From contig JAFLVD010000002.1 in assembly GCA_022508485.1 (NCBI GenBank), positions 18,226 to 82,225 of the forward strand: 64,000 nucleotides of DNA, given 5' to 3'. The stretch is from Clostridiales bacterium (GTDB lineage Bacteria; Bacillota; Clostridia; Christensenellales; Pumilibacteraceae). Each line of letters starts with the position of its first letter. The stretch's first letter is position 1. Made by a program: the position numbers and the translations under genes. Positions 55,163 to 64,000 of the stretch are shown piece after piece. Under the pieces are notes generated by a model that saw only the letters and a list, made by a program, of their open reading frames with translations, searched no databases and was not told where the DNA came from.

Positions 55163-56829
55163 AACACCCTCACGCTCTCGTCGAAGCGCGAATATACCGC
55201 GCCGTCATCGTAATCCTCGTTGTATTCGAGCGTTTCGCCGCGAAGCAGTCTGTAAAGGTTTTCGCAGCTGTCCGCGCCGGCGTCTATGCTCATGGGCGCG
55301 CCGCCGCCGAACCTCGGGTTAATCTCGATATACTTGACTTTGTTGTCTTCCGTCAAAAAGCACTGCACGGTTATTTGTCCGATAAATCCGAACTCGGTTA
55401 AGAGCCGTTTTACGTCGTCCGTTATGTATTTGTTCTTTTCGACCCTGCCTTTTAAAATTTCGCCGCCGCGCGTAGCGATACGTTCTCTCGGCACAACCGT
55501 TATAATCTTTCCGTCAAAATCCAAAAAGCAGTCGACGGTGTATTCCTTGCCGACGACGCACTCTTGCAAAATAGGACTATTCACATACTCGGCGAAAAAC
55601 TCGAGCTGCTTTTTGTTTTCCACCTTGTACGCGCCGATACTCGAGCTTCCGTCAAGCGGTTTGATAAACAGCGGATAGCTATAATCACGGTCGAGGTTTA
55701 CGCCGTCGTAAGTTAGAGGGCAATCAAACCCGTGCTCGGCGAAAAATTTAGCGGTAAGCGTTTTGTCGCAGCACACTTTAACGGCGTCCGGTGCGGAAAT
55801 AAGCACTTTTGCGCCGCTTTTTTCCTCTATTTCGGTTTTGTTTTCGGCAAGCACGACAAGCTCGGTATCTATCGTGGGCACGACGAGCGAAACTTCGTTC
55901 TCCTTGCAAATGTCTATTATTTTCGGAATGTATCCGTCGTCCGCGATTTTCGGGACGATAAACCTCTTGTCGGCAAACTTGAGCGCCGGCGCAAGATCGG
56001 ACATATCAGCGGCGCACACGTCGCCTTTTATTCCCAGTCTGTCGCGCGCCGCCTTGAAGGCGTTAACAAGCTCGACTCGCCGCCCCGCGCTTAGTATCAA
56101 CACATTGTAGCGTTTGTTCCCGGTAAAAAATTCCATTGTCGCTTGACCTTCCTGCGAAATTCCGCTTCGCTTAAACACCTTGCCCACCGTCATTAAAATA
56201 ATCTTTATATCGCCGAAGAACGATATCTTTTTAACGTATTCGCAGTCGTATCCGAACTTATCATCCCACGAAATGGCGTTTCTGCCGTTTACCTGCGCAA
56301 GGCCGGTAAGACCGGGCCGAACGGTATGACGGCGGCGTTGTTCCTCGTTATATAAAGGCAAGTACTGCACCAATAACGGGCGCGGTCCCACTATCGACAT
56401 TTGTCCGGCAAATATATTAAGAAGCTCGGGAAGCTCGTCGAGCGATGTTGCGCGAAGAAGCTTTCCGTATCTCGTAAGCCGCTTCTCGTCGGGAAGAGGA
56501 TTGCCGCTGCCGTCCTTTTCGCACGTCATGGTGCGGAATTTAATAAGCTTAAATATCTTTTCCTTGCCTGTCTTTTTGTTTATCTTTCCGGGCCGGTCCT
56601 GCGTAAAAAACGGATTGCCCTTCATGTTAATCGCGCCGAGTATTACGAGAATCAACAGTAGAGGCAAAAGCACGATAATTGCTAATCCGCTTAATACCAG
56701 GTCGTAAAACCGCTTAAAAAACACACGGTACAGCGCGACAGAGAGAATAAGCCACACTATAACGCATACCGCGCATATTATAAGTATTCCCCACCATTCG
56801 GCGGTTAACTTGTCCAAAAGCTCTTTCAT
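55159..56829 (-). CDS. Fusion of an initiating phosphoglycosyl transferase (Bac_transf, PglC/EpsL-like) and an ATP-grasp ligase domain.
   Basis: FKLIKFRTM...RATSLDELPELLNIFAGQMSIVGPRP, then an ATP-grasp half (PLFIKPLDGSSSIGAYKV...YIEINPRFGGG). ATG 56829 overlaps the upstream stop (TGATG). Confidence 0.8.
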   Translation of the reverse strand: MKELLDKLTAEWWGILIICAVCVIVWLILSVALYRVFFKRFYDLVLSGLAIIVLLPLLLILVILGAINMKGNPFFTQDRPGKINKKTGKEKIFKLIKFRTMTCEKDGSGNPLPDEKRLTRYGKLLRATSLDELPELLNIFAGQMSIVGPRPLLVQYLPLYNEEQRRRHTVRPGLTGLAQVNGRNAISWDDKFGYDCEYVKKISFFGDIKIILMTVGKVFKRSGISQEGQATMEFFTGNKRYNVLILSAGRRVELVNAFKAARDRLGIKGDVCAADMSDLAPALKFADKRFIVPKIADDGYIPKIIDICKENEVSLVVPTIDTELVVLAENKTEIEEKSGAKVLISAPDAVKVCCDKTLTAKFFAEHGFDCPLTYDGVNLDRDYSYPLFIKPLDGSSSIGAYKVENKKQLEFFAEYVNSPILQECVVGKEYTVDCFLDFDGKIITVVPRERIATRGGEILKGRVEKNKYITDDVKRLLTEFGFIGQITVQCFLTEDNKVKYIEINPRFGGGAPMSIDAGADSCENLYRLLRGETLEYNEDYDDGAVYSRFDESVRVL

Positions 56830-58043
56830 CAATCGAGACACGCTCTAATAATTTCTATTACCTTGTCCTGATCCTTTTCCGTCATCTTAACGTCGCTCGG
56901 CAAGCACAAGCCGCGATTGAATATATCCTCGCCGACGTTGTCTTTATCGACGCCGTCTGCCGTTACGAAACCGTTGTTACGGTAAATAGGCTGCATGTGC
57001 ATAGGCTTCCAAATCGGCCTGCCCTCTGCGTTATTTTCCGCAAGCGTTTCGAGTATTTCGGTCGGACACGATTTTCCGTGCTCGGGAATATAGCTCGCTT
57101 TTAAATCGCCGCGAGTCTGCTTGCACATTGCGTTTTTGTCGATAATCATGCACGACAGCCAGTAATTGGGAACCGAGTTTACGCCGTCGAAAGGATTCAT
57201 AGCAACCGGGAGCCCCTTTAAACCGGCTTTGTACCGTTCGTAAATAGCGCGTTTCAGAGCGATATGCTCTTCCAAATAAGGAAGCTGTCCTCTTATGACG
57301 CCTGCGACTACGTTACTCATGCGGTAATTGTAGCCGAGTTCTTCGTGCTGGTACCAGGGCGCGCTCTCGCGCGACTGCGTGGACCATTTACGGACGCGGT
57401 CGGCGCTTTCCTTGTCGTTTGTAAGAAGCATTCCGCCCGACGAGCCGGTAATAATCTTATTGCCGTTAAAGCTTATAACGCCGATATCGCCTAAGGAACC
57501 CGTTTGTCTGCCTTTATACGTCGCGCCGAACGATTCCGCGGCGTCCTCAATTATAACCGCGCCGTGCTTTTCCGCTACTGCGCGAAGCTCGTCGATTTTT
57601 GCCGGCGTGCCGTACAGATTGACAAGTACTATATGCTTGACGGAAGGATACAGCTCGAACGCCTTTTCGAGCGCGACGGGGTCCATGTTCCAGGTATCGC
57701 GTTCGGTGTCGATAAATATCGGTTCGCCGCCCTCGTACACGACCGGGTTAAGCGTTGCGGCAAAGGTCATATCCGAGCAGAACACTTTGTCGCCGCGCTT
57801 TATTCCTGCTATTTTTACGGCAAGGTGAAGCGCCGCCGTGCCGCAAGAGAGGCCAACCGCGTAATTAACGCCTATCTTTTGTGCGGCGATACGCTCGACC
57901 TCGTTTATATTTTCGCCGACGGTAGACATCCAATTTTTATTGAACGCGTCGGTCATCCATTTTAACTCCTCGCCGTGCATGGTGGGAGTCGCAAGCCAAA
58001 CTTTATTGTTAAACGGAGTAAATTTCTTGTCGTTGGTAAACAT
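56829..58043 (-). CDS. DegT/DnrJ/EryC1/StrS-family PLP sugar aminotransferase.
   Basis: VWLATPTMHGEELKWM...AVGLSCGTAALHLA...ISFNGNKIITGSSGGML (PLP-Lys). ATG 58043. The longer track ORF adds 48 non-conserved residues. Confidence 0.85.
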   Translation of the reverse strand: MFTNDKKFTPFNNKVWLATPTMHGEELKWMTDAFNKNWMSTVGENINEVERIAAQKIGVNYAVGLSCGTAALHLAVKIAGIKRGDKVFCSDMTFAATLNPVVYEGGEPIFIDTERDTWNMDPVALEKAFELYPSVKHIVLVNLYGTPAKIDELRAVAEKHGAVIIEDAAESFGATYKGRQTGSLGDIGVISFNGNKIITGSSGGMLLTNDKESADRVRKWSTQSRESAPWYQHEELGYNYRMSNVVAGVIRGQLPYLEEHIALKRAIYERYKAGLKGLPVAMNPFDGVNSVPNYWLSCMIIDKNAMCKQTRGDLKASYIPEHGKSCPTEILETLAENNAEGRPIWKPMHMQPIYRNNGFVTADGVDKDNVGEDIFNRGLCLPSDVKMTEKDQDKVIEIIRACLD

Positions 58044-58235
58044 GGTGTTATTCTGTTTTATGTATATTTTTGTGTGCTTCGCCGATTCGAACCGATAGGT
58101 TCGAATTATCTTTGGTTTGTCCGCCGAAGCCGCTGCCGAGAACGGTCCTACGAGCATTAGCTTTCGGTTTCTTAAAGGGTTAATCACATAGCAGAATATT
58201 CGCCTATAACAAATAGGCGAACCTTTGCCTTTTTA

Positions 58236-58264
58236 ATTATAATATATTATGTACGCAATTGCAA
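58236..58264 (-). promoter_or_regulatory. Candidate sigma-A promoter of the glycopolymer operon.
   Basis: On the minus strand: TTGCAA (58264-58259), 17-nt spacer, TATAAT (58241-58236). It would give a ~185-nt leader. Confidence 0.45.
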
Positions 58265-58380
58265 GGGATTAAAGCCCAAACGGCAAAATATGTGCGCTTT
58301 CCGTCGTGTCTTTATGGTACATTTTTACCTTTTGCCGCCATATTATTACGGTTTGCAAAGCCTTGTTACCGCCCTATTTT

Positions 58381-59097
58381 CTACACGCCCAGTGCCTTTG
58401 TTATGTCCTTTTTTAGGCGGAAAATTATCTTTTTTTCGAGTCTTGAAATGTACGACTGGGAAATTCCGAGTATATCCGCAACTTCCTTTTGCGTTTTTTC
58501 TGTAACGCCGGCAAGTCCGAAGCGCATTTGCATAATCGCGCGCTCACGTTTACTGAGCCTGTCGAGCGCCTCGTTAAGAAGTCTTGTTTCCGCCTGCGCT
58601 TCGAGCTCTTTACCCACCTCGTCGGGATCGGTGCCGAGTATGTCCGCCATTACAAGCTCGTTGCCTTCGTTATCCACATTGAGCGGCTCGTCGAGCGACA
58701 CCTCGGCATGAAGGCGCACCACTCGTCTCAGGTGCATAAGGATTTCGTTTTCTATACACCTCGACGCGTACGTCGCAAGCTTTATATTCTTGTCGGGGTC
58801 GAAGGAATTGACCGCCTTTATAAGCCCGACCGTGCCGATCGAGATTAAATCCTCTATGTCGACGCCGGTATTGTCGAACTTCCGCGCTATGTACACCACA
58901 AGCCTGAGGTTGTGTTCTATAAGCATAGATCTTACGGTGGGGTCGGTTTTTATTCTGCAAAGCGCCGCCGCTTCCTCGCTCGGTTCGAGTGGGTGCGGAA
59001 GCCCCTCGCCCGACGTGATATAGTCGAGCGTGCTTTCCGAGCAATCGGACCGCGCTATCATTTTCATGATTTTTTGAAGCATTTTTATAAGTTTCAT
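58381..59097 (-). CDS. sigE: Sporulation sigma factor SigE (pro-sigma-E).
   Basis: An N-terminal pro-sequence, then [49 protein letters not shown] and [24 protein letters not shown] overlap with spoIIGA. Confidence 0.9.
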   Translation of the reverse strand: MKLIKMLQKIMKMIARSDCSESTLDYITSGEGLPHPLEPSEEAAALCRIKTDPTVRSMLIEHNLRLVVYIARKFDNTGVDIEDLISIGTVGLIKAVNSFDPDKNIKLATYASRCIENEILMHLRRVVRLHAEVSLDEPLNVDNEGNELVMADILGTDPDEVGKELEAQAETRLLNEALDRLSKRERAIMQMRFGLAGVTEKTQKEVADILGISQSYISRLEKKIIFRLKKDITKALGV

Positions 59098-59915
59098 ACT
59101 CCCTCCGTAAGAGCCGAACCGTTAAGAAGCATTTCGTGTCCGCGCGAGGCGAAGCCTTTGACAGCCAGTCCGAGCACTGCATTTATTTTATGTTTTCGCT
59201 TGTCCGAATAGACCGTTATTCGGTCGGGTCGAAGAATAAAAATATCCGCTTCCCCTGCCGCCGTTACAATCCTGCGCTTTCTGAACCTGTCGACGCGCTT
59301 AATAAATTCCGCCGACGACATCGCGTCGAGCTTGTATGTAAACAGCCCCAAGTCGGTGATAACCACCGGCAGGCCCGTTCTGTCGTCGAACACGCAGTTT
59401 CCCGTATCCAAAAAAGCATCGAACGACAAAACCTGCTTGAATATTTCCACCTCGGTACGGTAAACGTAGGGCGCGGCGGCACGGGCAAGCCGAAGCCGCT
59501 TTACGACGTACTCTACGCCCAAAAACACGACGGCACCCACTCCGAGCGTTAAAAACAACGGACACTCGCCCAAATACTTAGCCGCTGCGCCCGTTCCGCC
59601 GACAGCGTACCAAAGCGCGTAGCACGCACCGGCGAATGTAAACGTACAGCCGAAAAACAGCAGGCTCGACGTAATAAACCGCGGGGTTTTAACGTACATA
59701 ATCACGCAAAGTGTTATTCCGAGCGCGACCTTTATAACAATCTGCAAAACGACATGCACTGTAAAAAACGGATAAAACACCGCGACGACCGTCCCTATCG
59801 CGGAGGCGGTAAGCAGGCGGAAAATATTAACGTGCTTGTGGCATAGCCGTGCCGCCGCCGCGCCGGCGAGAAACGTCAACAGAAAATTATCGGCAATAAC
59901 AAACTCGATATACAT
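59094..59915 (-). CDS. spoIIGA: Sigma-E processing aspartic peptidase SpoIIGA.
   Basis: Five N-terminal TM segments and [19 protein letters not shown] (DTGN active site). ATG 59915 matches the B. subtilis N-terminus position. The track start at 59951 is GTG with no usable SD. Confidence 0.85.
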   Translation of the reverse strand: MYIEFVIADNFLLTFLAGAAAARLCHKHVNIFRLLTASAIGTVVAVFYPFFTVHVVLQIVIKVALGITLCVIMYVKTPRFITSSLLFFGCTFTFAGACYALWYAVGGTGAAAKYLGECPLFLTLGVGAVVFLGVEYVVKRLRLARAAAPYVYRTEVEIFKQVLSFDAFLDTGNCVFDDRTGLPVVITDLGLFTYKLDAMSSAEFIKRVDRFRKRRIVTAAGEADIFILRPDRITVYSDKRKHKINAVLGLAVKGFASRGHEMLLNGSALTEGV

Positions 59916-59959
59916 GCCGTAATTATACAACCTGGGTCGCCAAAACGCCACTCCGATTA

Positions 59960-60042
59960 TGTCGAAACGGACCGCATGTTTTGAAATAAATCAATTGATT
60001 TTGTCGGTAAGTGTACCGCGCCGTCGAAATCTTTTTTCGACT
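59960..60042. promoter_or_regulatory. Cluster of Spo0A-box-like heptamers upstream of spoIIGA.
   Basis: TGTCGAA at 59960-59966 (7/7), CGTCGAA at 60022-60028 (6/7) and TTCGACT at 60036-60042 (6/7, opposite orientation). Confidence 0.4.
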
Positions 60043-60064
60043 CGGTTCGTTTATTTTCGCGCAC

Positions 60065-60099
60065 AAAAAAACAGCAACCCTATTAAATACGGATTGCTG
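60065..60099 (-). terminator. Rho-independent terminator downstream of ftsZ.
   Basis: On the minus strand: CAGCAATCC-10 nt-GGGTTGCTG, followed by TTTTTTT. Confidence 0.75.
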
Positions 60100-60113
60100 T
60101 CGATTTTTGGTTT

Positions 60114-61403
<1,290 letters not shown>

Positions 61404-61414
61404 GGCGAATCTCC

Positions 61415-62650
61415 TTATTTGGTAGTGCGGCGTTTGTTAATCCAGCGCCTGAATTTTCCTATTAGCCCGGTGTACGGCATCTCGCCTATAAGCACCATGT
61501 CCATAAGTCCGAGCGCCGCCGACATCTGAGGGTTCTCGAATATGGGCAGCGACGGCTTTACAAACTCGACGTCGCGGCCTATTATGTCCGAAATGTATTC
61601 CGCGGCGCCGCGGATGTTAAGTCCGCCGCCCGTTATCGACAGCGCGGTAAATTCGGGATAATCGTAATCGCACGACTTTAACGCCTTTTCAACGAACATG
61701 GCAAAGAGAGCTATCTCGTCTCTCACGACGTCGTTTACTTTGTCGACCGGAAAAGTTAACGTTTCGTTATTGACCTCGATACTGTATTCGTTGCAGATTA
61801 TATACCTTTCGTCGGAAGGCGGCTCGTTAGGGTCGCGTTCAACCTGCGGCGGAATATATTCCGGGTCGAGTGAAAGGTTAAGCTTTTGTTTGATAAGCTT
61901 TGCCGTTTCCTTATCGACGGAAAGAGCGTTCATAAGCGCGAGCGTTATTCGCTCTCCGCCCCACGGAAAATCGTACTGGGCGCAAATACCGTCGCCCCTG
62001 CCTATTACGAGCGTCGTATCGTAAGCGCCGGCGTCGGCGAGCATAACGCAGCTGTCGCGCTTATAATCGTCGAACAGAAATAACATCTCGGCAAGCGGCG
62101 CAAAAATATATTCCGTTTCCGTAACGCCGGCGCCGCGTACGGCGGCGTCGACAACGCTTATAAACCTGTTATCGCACAGCGTGTACGAAATGCTTCCCGA
62201 AAGGCGCGTAGACGACATTCCGACGGGTAGAATAAGCTTTCTGTCGTCGTCGAGAGTGTAGTATATGGGCTGAATGTTAATGACCGTGCAGCTCGGATCG
62301 CCGGCGTAGTAATTGCCCTGCGCGTGGAGTGCTTCCACGTCGGAATCGAGCACTCGGCGCTTTTTCCCGAGCGAAATGGTTACCGAATTTACTTCCGTTA
62401 TGCAAAACTGGCTCGGAACGCCGATATAAAGCTTATTTATTTTAAGCCTGGCGCTGCTTTCGGCACGCGAAATAACTTGGTTTACGGCCTCGCCGAGCCT
62501 TTCCGGCTCAAGCCACGTTTCGCCGGTAAAACCGCCGTACTCACAAATCCCGATACCTTCCATAGCTATCGAGTTATTTATTCCGCGAGCGCCGATAAGA
62601 ACGGTAATTCTGCTCGTGCCGAAATCCAATATCGCTACGCAATCTTTCAA
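61415..62650 (-). CDS. ftsA: Cell-division protein FtsA (actin-like).
   Basis: AILDFGTSRITVLIG, DAGAYDTTLVI, and a C-terminal amphipathic tail GLIGKFRRWINKRR. TTG start after an AGAGG SD. Confidence 0.8.
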   Translation of the reverse strand: MKDCVAILDFGTSRITVLIGARGINNSIAMEGIGICEYGGFTGETWLEPERLGEAVNQVISRAESSARLKINKLYIGVPSQFCITEVNSVTISLGKKRRVLDSDVEALHAQGNYYAGDPSCTVINIQPIYYTLDDDRKLILPVGMSSTRLSGSISYTLCDNRFISVVDAAVRGAGVTETEYIFAPLAEMLFLFDDYKRDSCVMLADAGAYDTTLVIGRGDGICAQYDFPWGGERITLALMNALSVDKETAKLIKQKLNLSLDPEYIPPQVERDPNEPPSDERYIICNEYSIEVNNETLTFPVDKVNDVVRDEIALFAMFVEKALKSCDYDYPEFTALSITGGGLNIRGAAEYISDIIGRDVEFVKPSLPIFENPQMSAALGLMDMVLIGEMPYTGLIGKFRRWINKRRTTK

Positions 62651-62765
62651 GCTGAACCTCTTGATAAATAAGGATAAAGTCTACCGAATAAATTATACAA
62701 TCAAGAGGCAATTTTGTCAAGTATACTATGTAAATTACCGAAAATATAATTTATAAGCGCGTAAA

Positions 62766-62795
62766 ACAAAAAACCGCGGACGGTCCGCGTTTTTT
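62766..62795. terminator. Hairpin terminator between ftsQ and ftsA.
   Basis: AAAAAACCGCGGA-cgg-TCCGCGTTTTTT. Confidence 0.65.
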
Positions 62796-62796
62796 C

Positions 62797-63633
62797 TTAT
62801 GCTTGTATTTTGTCTAAATAGTTTTCGTGGTAACGAAGCTCGCCGTCGCAGTCGATATACGAAGTAACAAACGAATCGCCGCTCGCCCTCGGAATAACGT
62901 GGAAAACGCCTCTCGACGGGCTTGTGTAATCGCTTCCGGCAAGCTGCGGCGCGGCGACAAACGCACTCCACCCCCTATCGAGCATGGGAATAAAGCTGTC
63001 GCGAACGTCTTCAAGCTCGATGTAGCTTCCCGCGCGCGTACGAATCATAATATTGTTTTCCTTGCGGAGCTCGATAAAATCGATACGCTCGGCAATCTGC
63101 TTATCATTTATTCCGGTAGAGCGCAGATAAGAGATAAAGCTCATAAGAGTCTTATACTCGTAGCCGTTTTTGTTTTGGAAAATCTGTCCGGGCTTTGTCG
63201 AAATGCCGGAGGAAAGCTTAACGGTAAAGTAGCCGCCGAGCGGCGCGGTAGATACGCTTCCTATCCTGCCCGAGGAATAACACTGATAAAAAGAATTGTC
63301 CTTTTCTATCTGGAAAAGATTATCGTGAATAACAAAGTTAATGGAAACGCTATCGGGGAATTTGCGCTCGATATTGATTACTTCAACGTCGTAGTACGCG
63401 CTTTCTATATTTTGCTTAACGCCCACCTCGTCGATAAAAAACATATGGTCGAGGTAGTTTATTCCCGACGCCGCTATTACCTTGTTTTTGTACTGAGCTT
63501 CCAGCTCGTCGCTCATTATGTAGTAGGTATACGCGTCGATATCCCTGACAAGGAACACTGCGCAGCTGACTATTATCAAAACGACAATAGCCCCCACAAC
63601 GGATAATAGCGCTATAAGCTTTTTGTTCCTCAT
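62797..63633 (-). CDS. ftsQ: FtsQ/DivIB-like cell-division protein (single TM segment plus a POTRA-like ectodomain).
   Basis: MRNKKLIALLSVVGAIVVLIIVSCAVFLV, then a beta-rich ectodomain. The call is by position, between murA and ftsA. Confidence 0.65.
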   Translation of the reverse strand: MRNKKLIALLSVVGAIVVLIIVSCAVFLVRDIDAYTYYIMSDELEAQYKNKVIAASGINYLDHMFFIDEVGVKQNIESAYYDVEVINIERKFPDSVSINFVIHDNLFQIEKDNSFYQCYSSGRIGSVSTAPLGGYFTVKLSSGISTKPGQIFQNKNGYEYKTLMSFISYLRSTGINDKQIAERIDFIELRKENNIMIRTRAGSYIELEDVRDSFIPMLDRGWSAFVAAPQLAGSDYTSPSRGVFHVIPRASGDSFVTSYIDCDGELRYHENYLDKIQA

Positions 63634-63696
63634 GATAAAAATTATACCAAACGCAACAACGAATGTCAATAATTTGATATAACTTTAACCAATCTT

Positions 63697-64000
63697 CTAT
63701 TCGCTCTCGCGTCTTACCGCCGCGCCGAGCGCAGACAGCATACTTTCTATTTTTTCGTAACCTCTGTCGATATGGTTTACGCCGTAGATAACCGACCGCC
63801 CTTTTGCGCCGAGCGCCGCCACGACAAGCGCCGCACCGCCCCTAAGGTCGAGAGCGCGAACGGTCGCACCCGAAAGACTCCTAACGCCGCGGATAACCGC
63901 CACTCTGTCCTTTACTGTTATCGCCGCGCCCATTTTTTGCAGTTCCGCGGTAAATCCGAATCTGTTTTCGAAAAGGTTTTCGACAACTACCGAGCTTCCA
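63697..64000 (-). CDS. murA: UDP-N-acetylglucosamine 1-carboxyvinyltransferase MurA, C-terminal part (N-terminus lies outside the window).
   Basis: ...ENLFENRFGFTAELQKMGAAITV...VRALDLRGGAALVVAALGAKG...HIDRGYEKIESMLSALGA. The frame is open to nt 64000. Confidence 0.85.
   Translation of the reverse strand, partial: GSSVVVENLFENRFGFTAELQKMGAAITVKDRVAVIRGVRSLSGATVRALDLRGGAALVVAALGAKGRSVIYGVNHIDRGYEKIESMLSALGAAVRRESE

Noticed and set aside
58199-58221. This hairpin as the sigE terminator.
   Set aside because: It lies downstream of the candidate operon promoter (58236-58264) rather than directly after sigE. It is also not followed by a U-run on the minus strand, so it is better treated as a 5'-leader structure.

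Overview
The window is a 64-kb chromosomal segment from a spore-forming Firmicute that looks like Clostridia. That assignment is an inference from gene content: spoIVA, spoIIGA-sigE, sigG, ylmC/ymxH, and murA-ftsQ-ftsA-ftsZ. I found no rRNA, tRNA, CRISPR array, integrase or transposase.

The window falls into three parts.

(1) nt 1-7369 is an AT-rich block. Hand counts of single 60-nt lines give about 28-30% GC here, against about 47-60% further right. It carries:
- a truncated Cap4/DUF4297-like nuclease fused to a NACHT/STAND-like NTPase;
- an XRE / SIR2 / HerA operon (the published SIR2-HerA, or Nezha-type, defence system) with an extra tightly linked 508-aa gene;
- a divergent DUF1273/SLOG gene under palindromic operators;
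- a 730-bp non-coding stretch with iteron-like repeats, a perfect hairpin and a G-run cluster.

(2) nt 7370-19829 is one tightly coupled eight-gene minus-strand operon. I cannot assign it to any named system, and it is my main candidate for an undescribed conflict or defence system. In transcription order it encodes:
- a small protein of unknown function;
- a CARF/DxTHG-like Rossmann protein;
- a sigma-70-like protein;
- a 1543-aa Upf1/DNA2-like SF1 helicase with a ~500-aa coiled-coil insertion;
- a 732-aa protein ending in a HEPN Rx4H motif;
- a coiled-coil protein;
- a ClpB-D2-like AAA+ ATPase;
- an NrdG-like radical-SAM enzyme.

(3) nt 20100-64000 is core genome. It contains:
- a lipase and a GrpB protein;
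- a preQ1-I riboswitch upstream of a VUT/YhhQ transporter and an SDR;
- a two-component system and a heterodimeric ABC exporter;
- spoIVA, plsY, der, feoAB, nrdR and sigG;
- a 15-kb, 12-gene cell-wall glycopolymer operon with three LicD paralogues, a CDP-ribitol module and several domain fusions;
- the spoIIGA-sigE, ftsZ-ftsA-ftsQ and murA block.

Gene starts were re-checked by hand. Several ORF-track starts are TTG or GTG read as M, and those were moved to the SD-supported ATG. All functional calls rest on motif recognition by eye, because no database search was possible.
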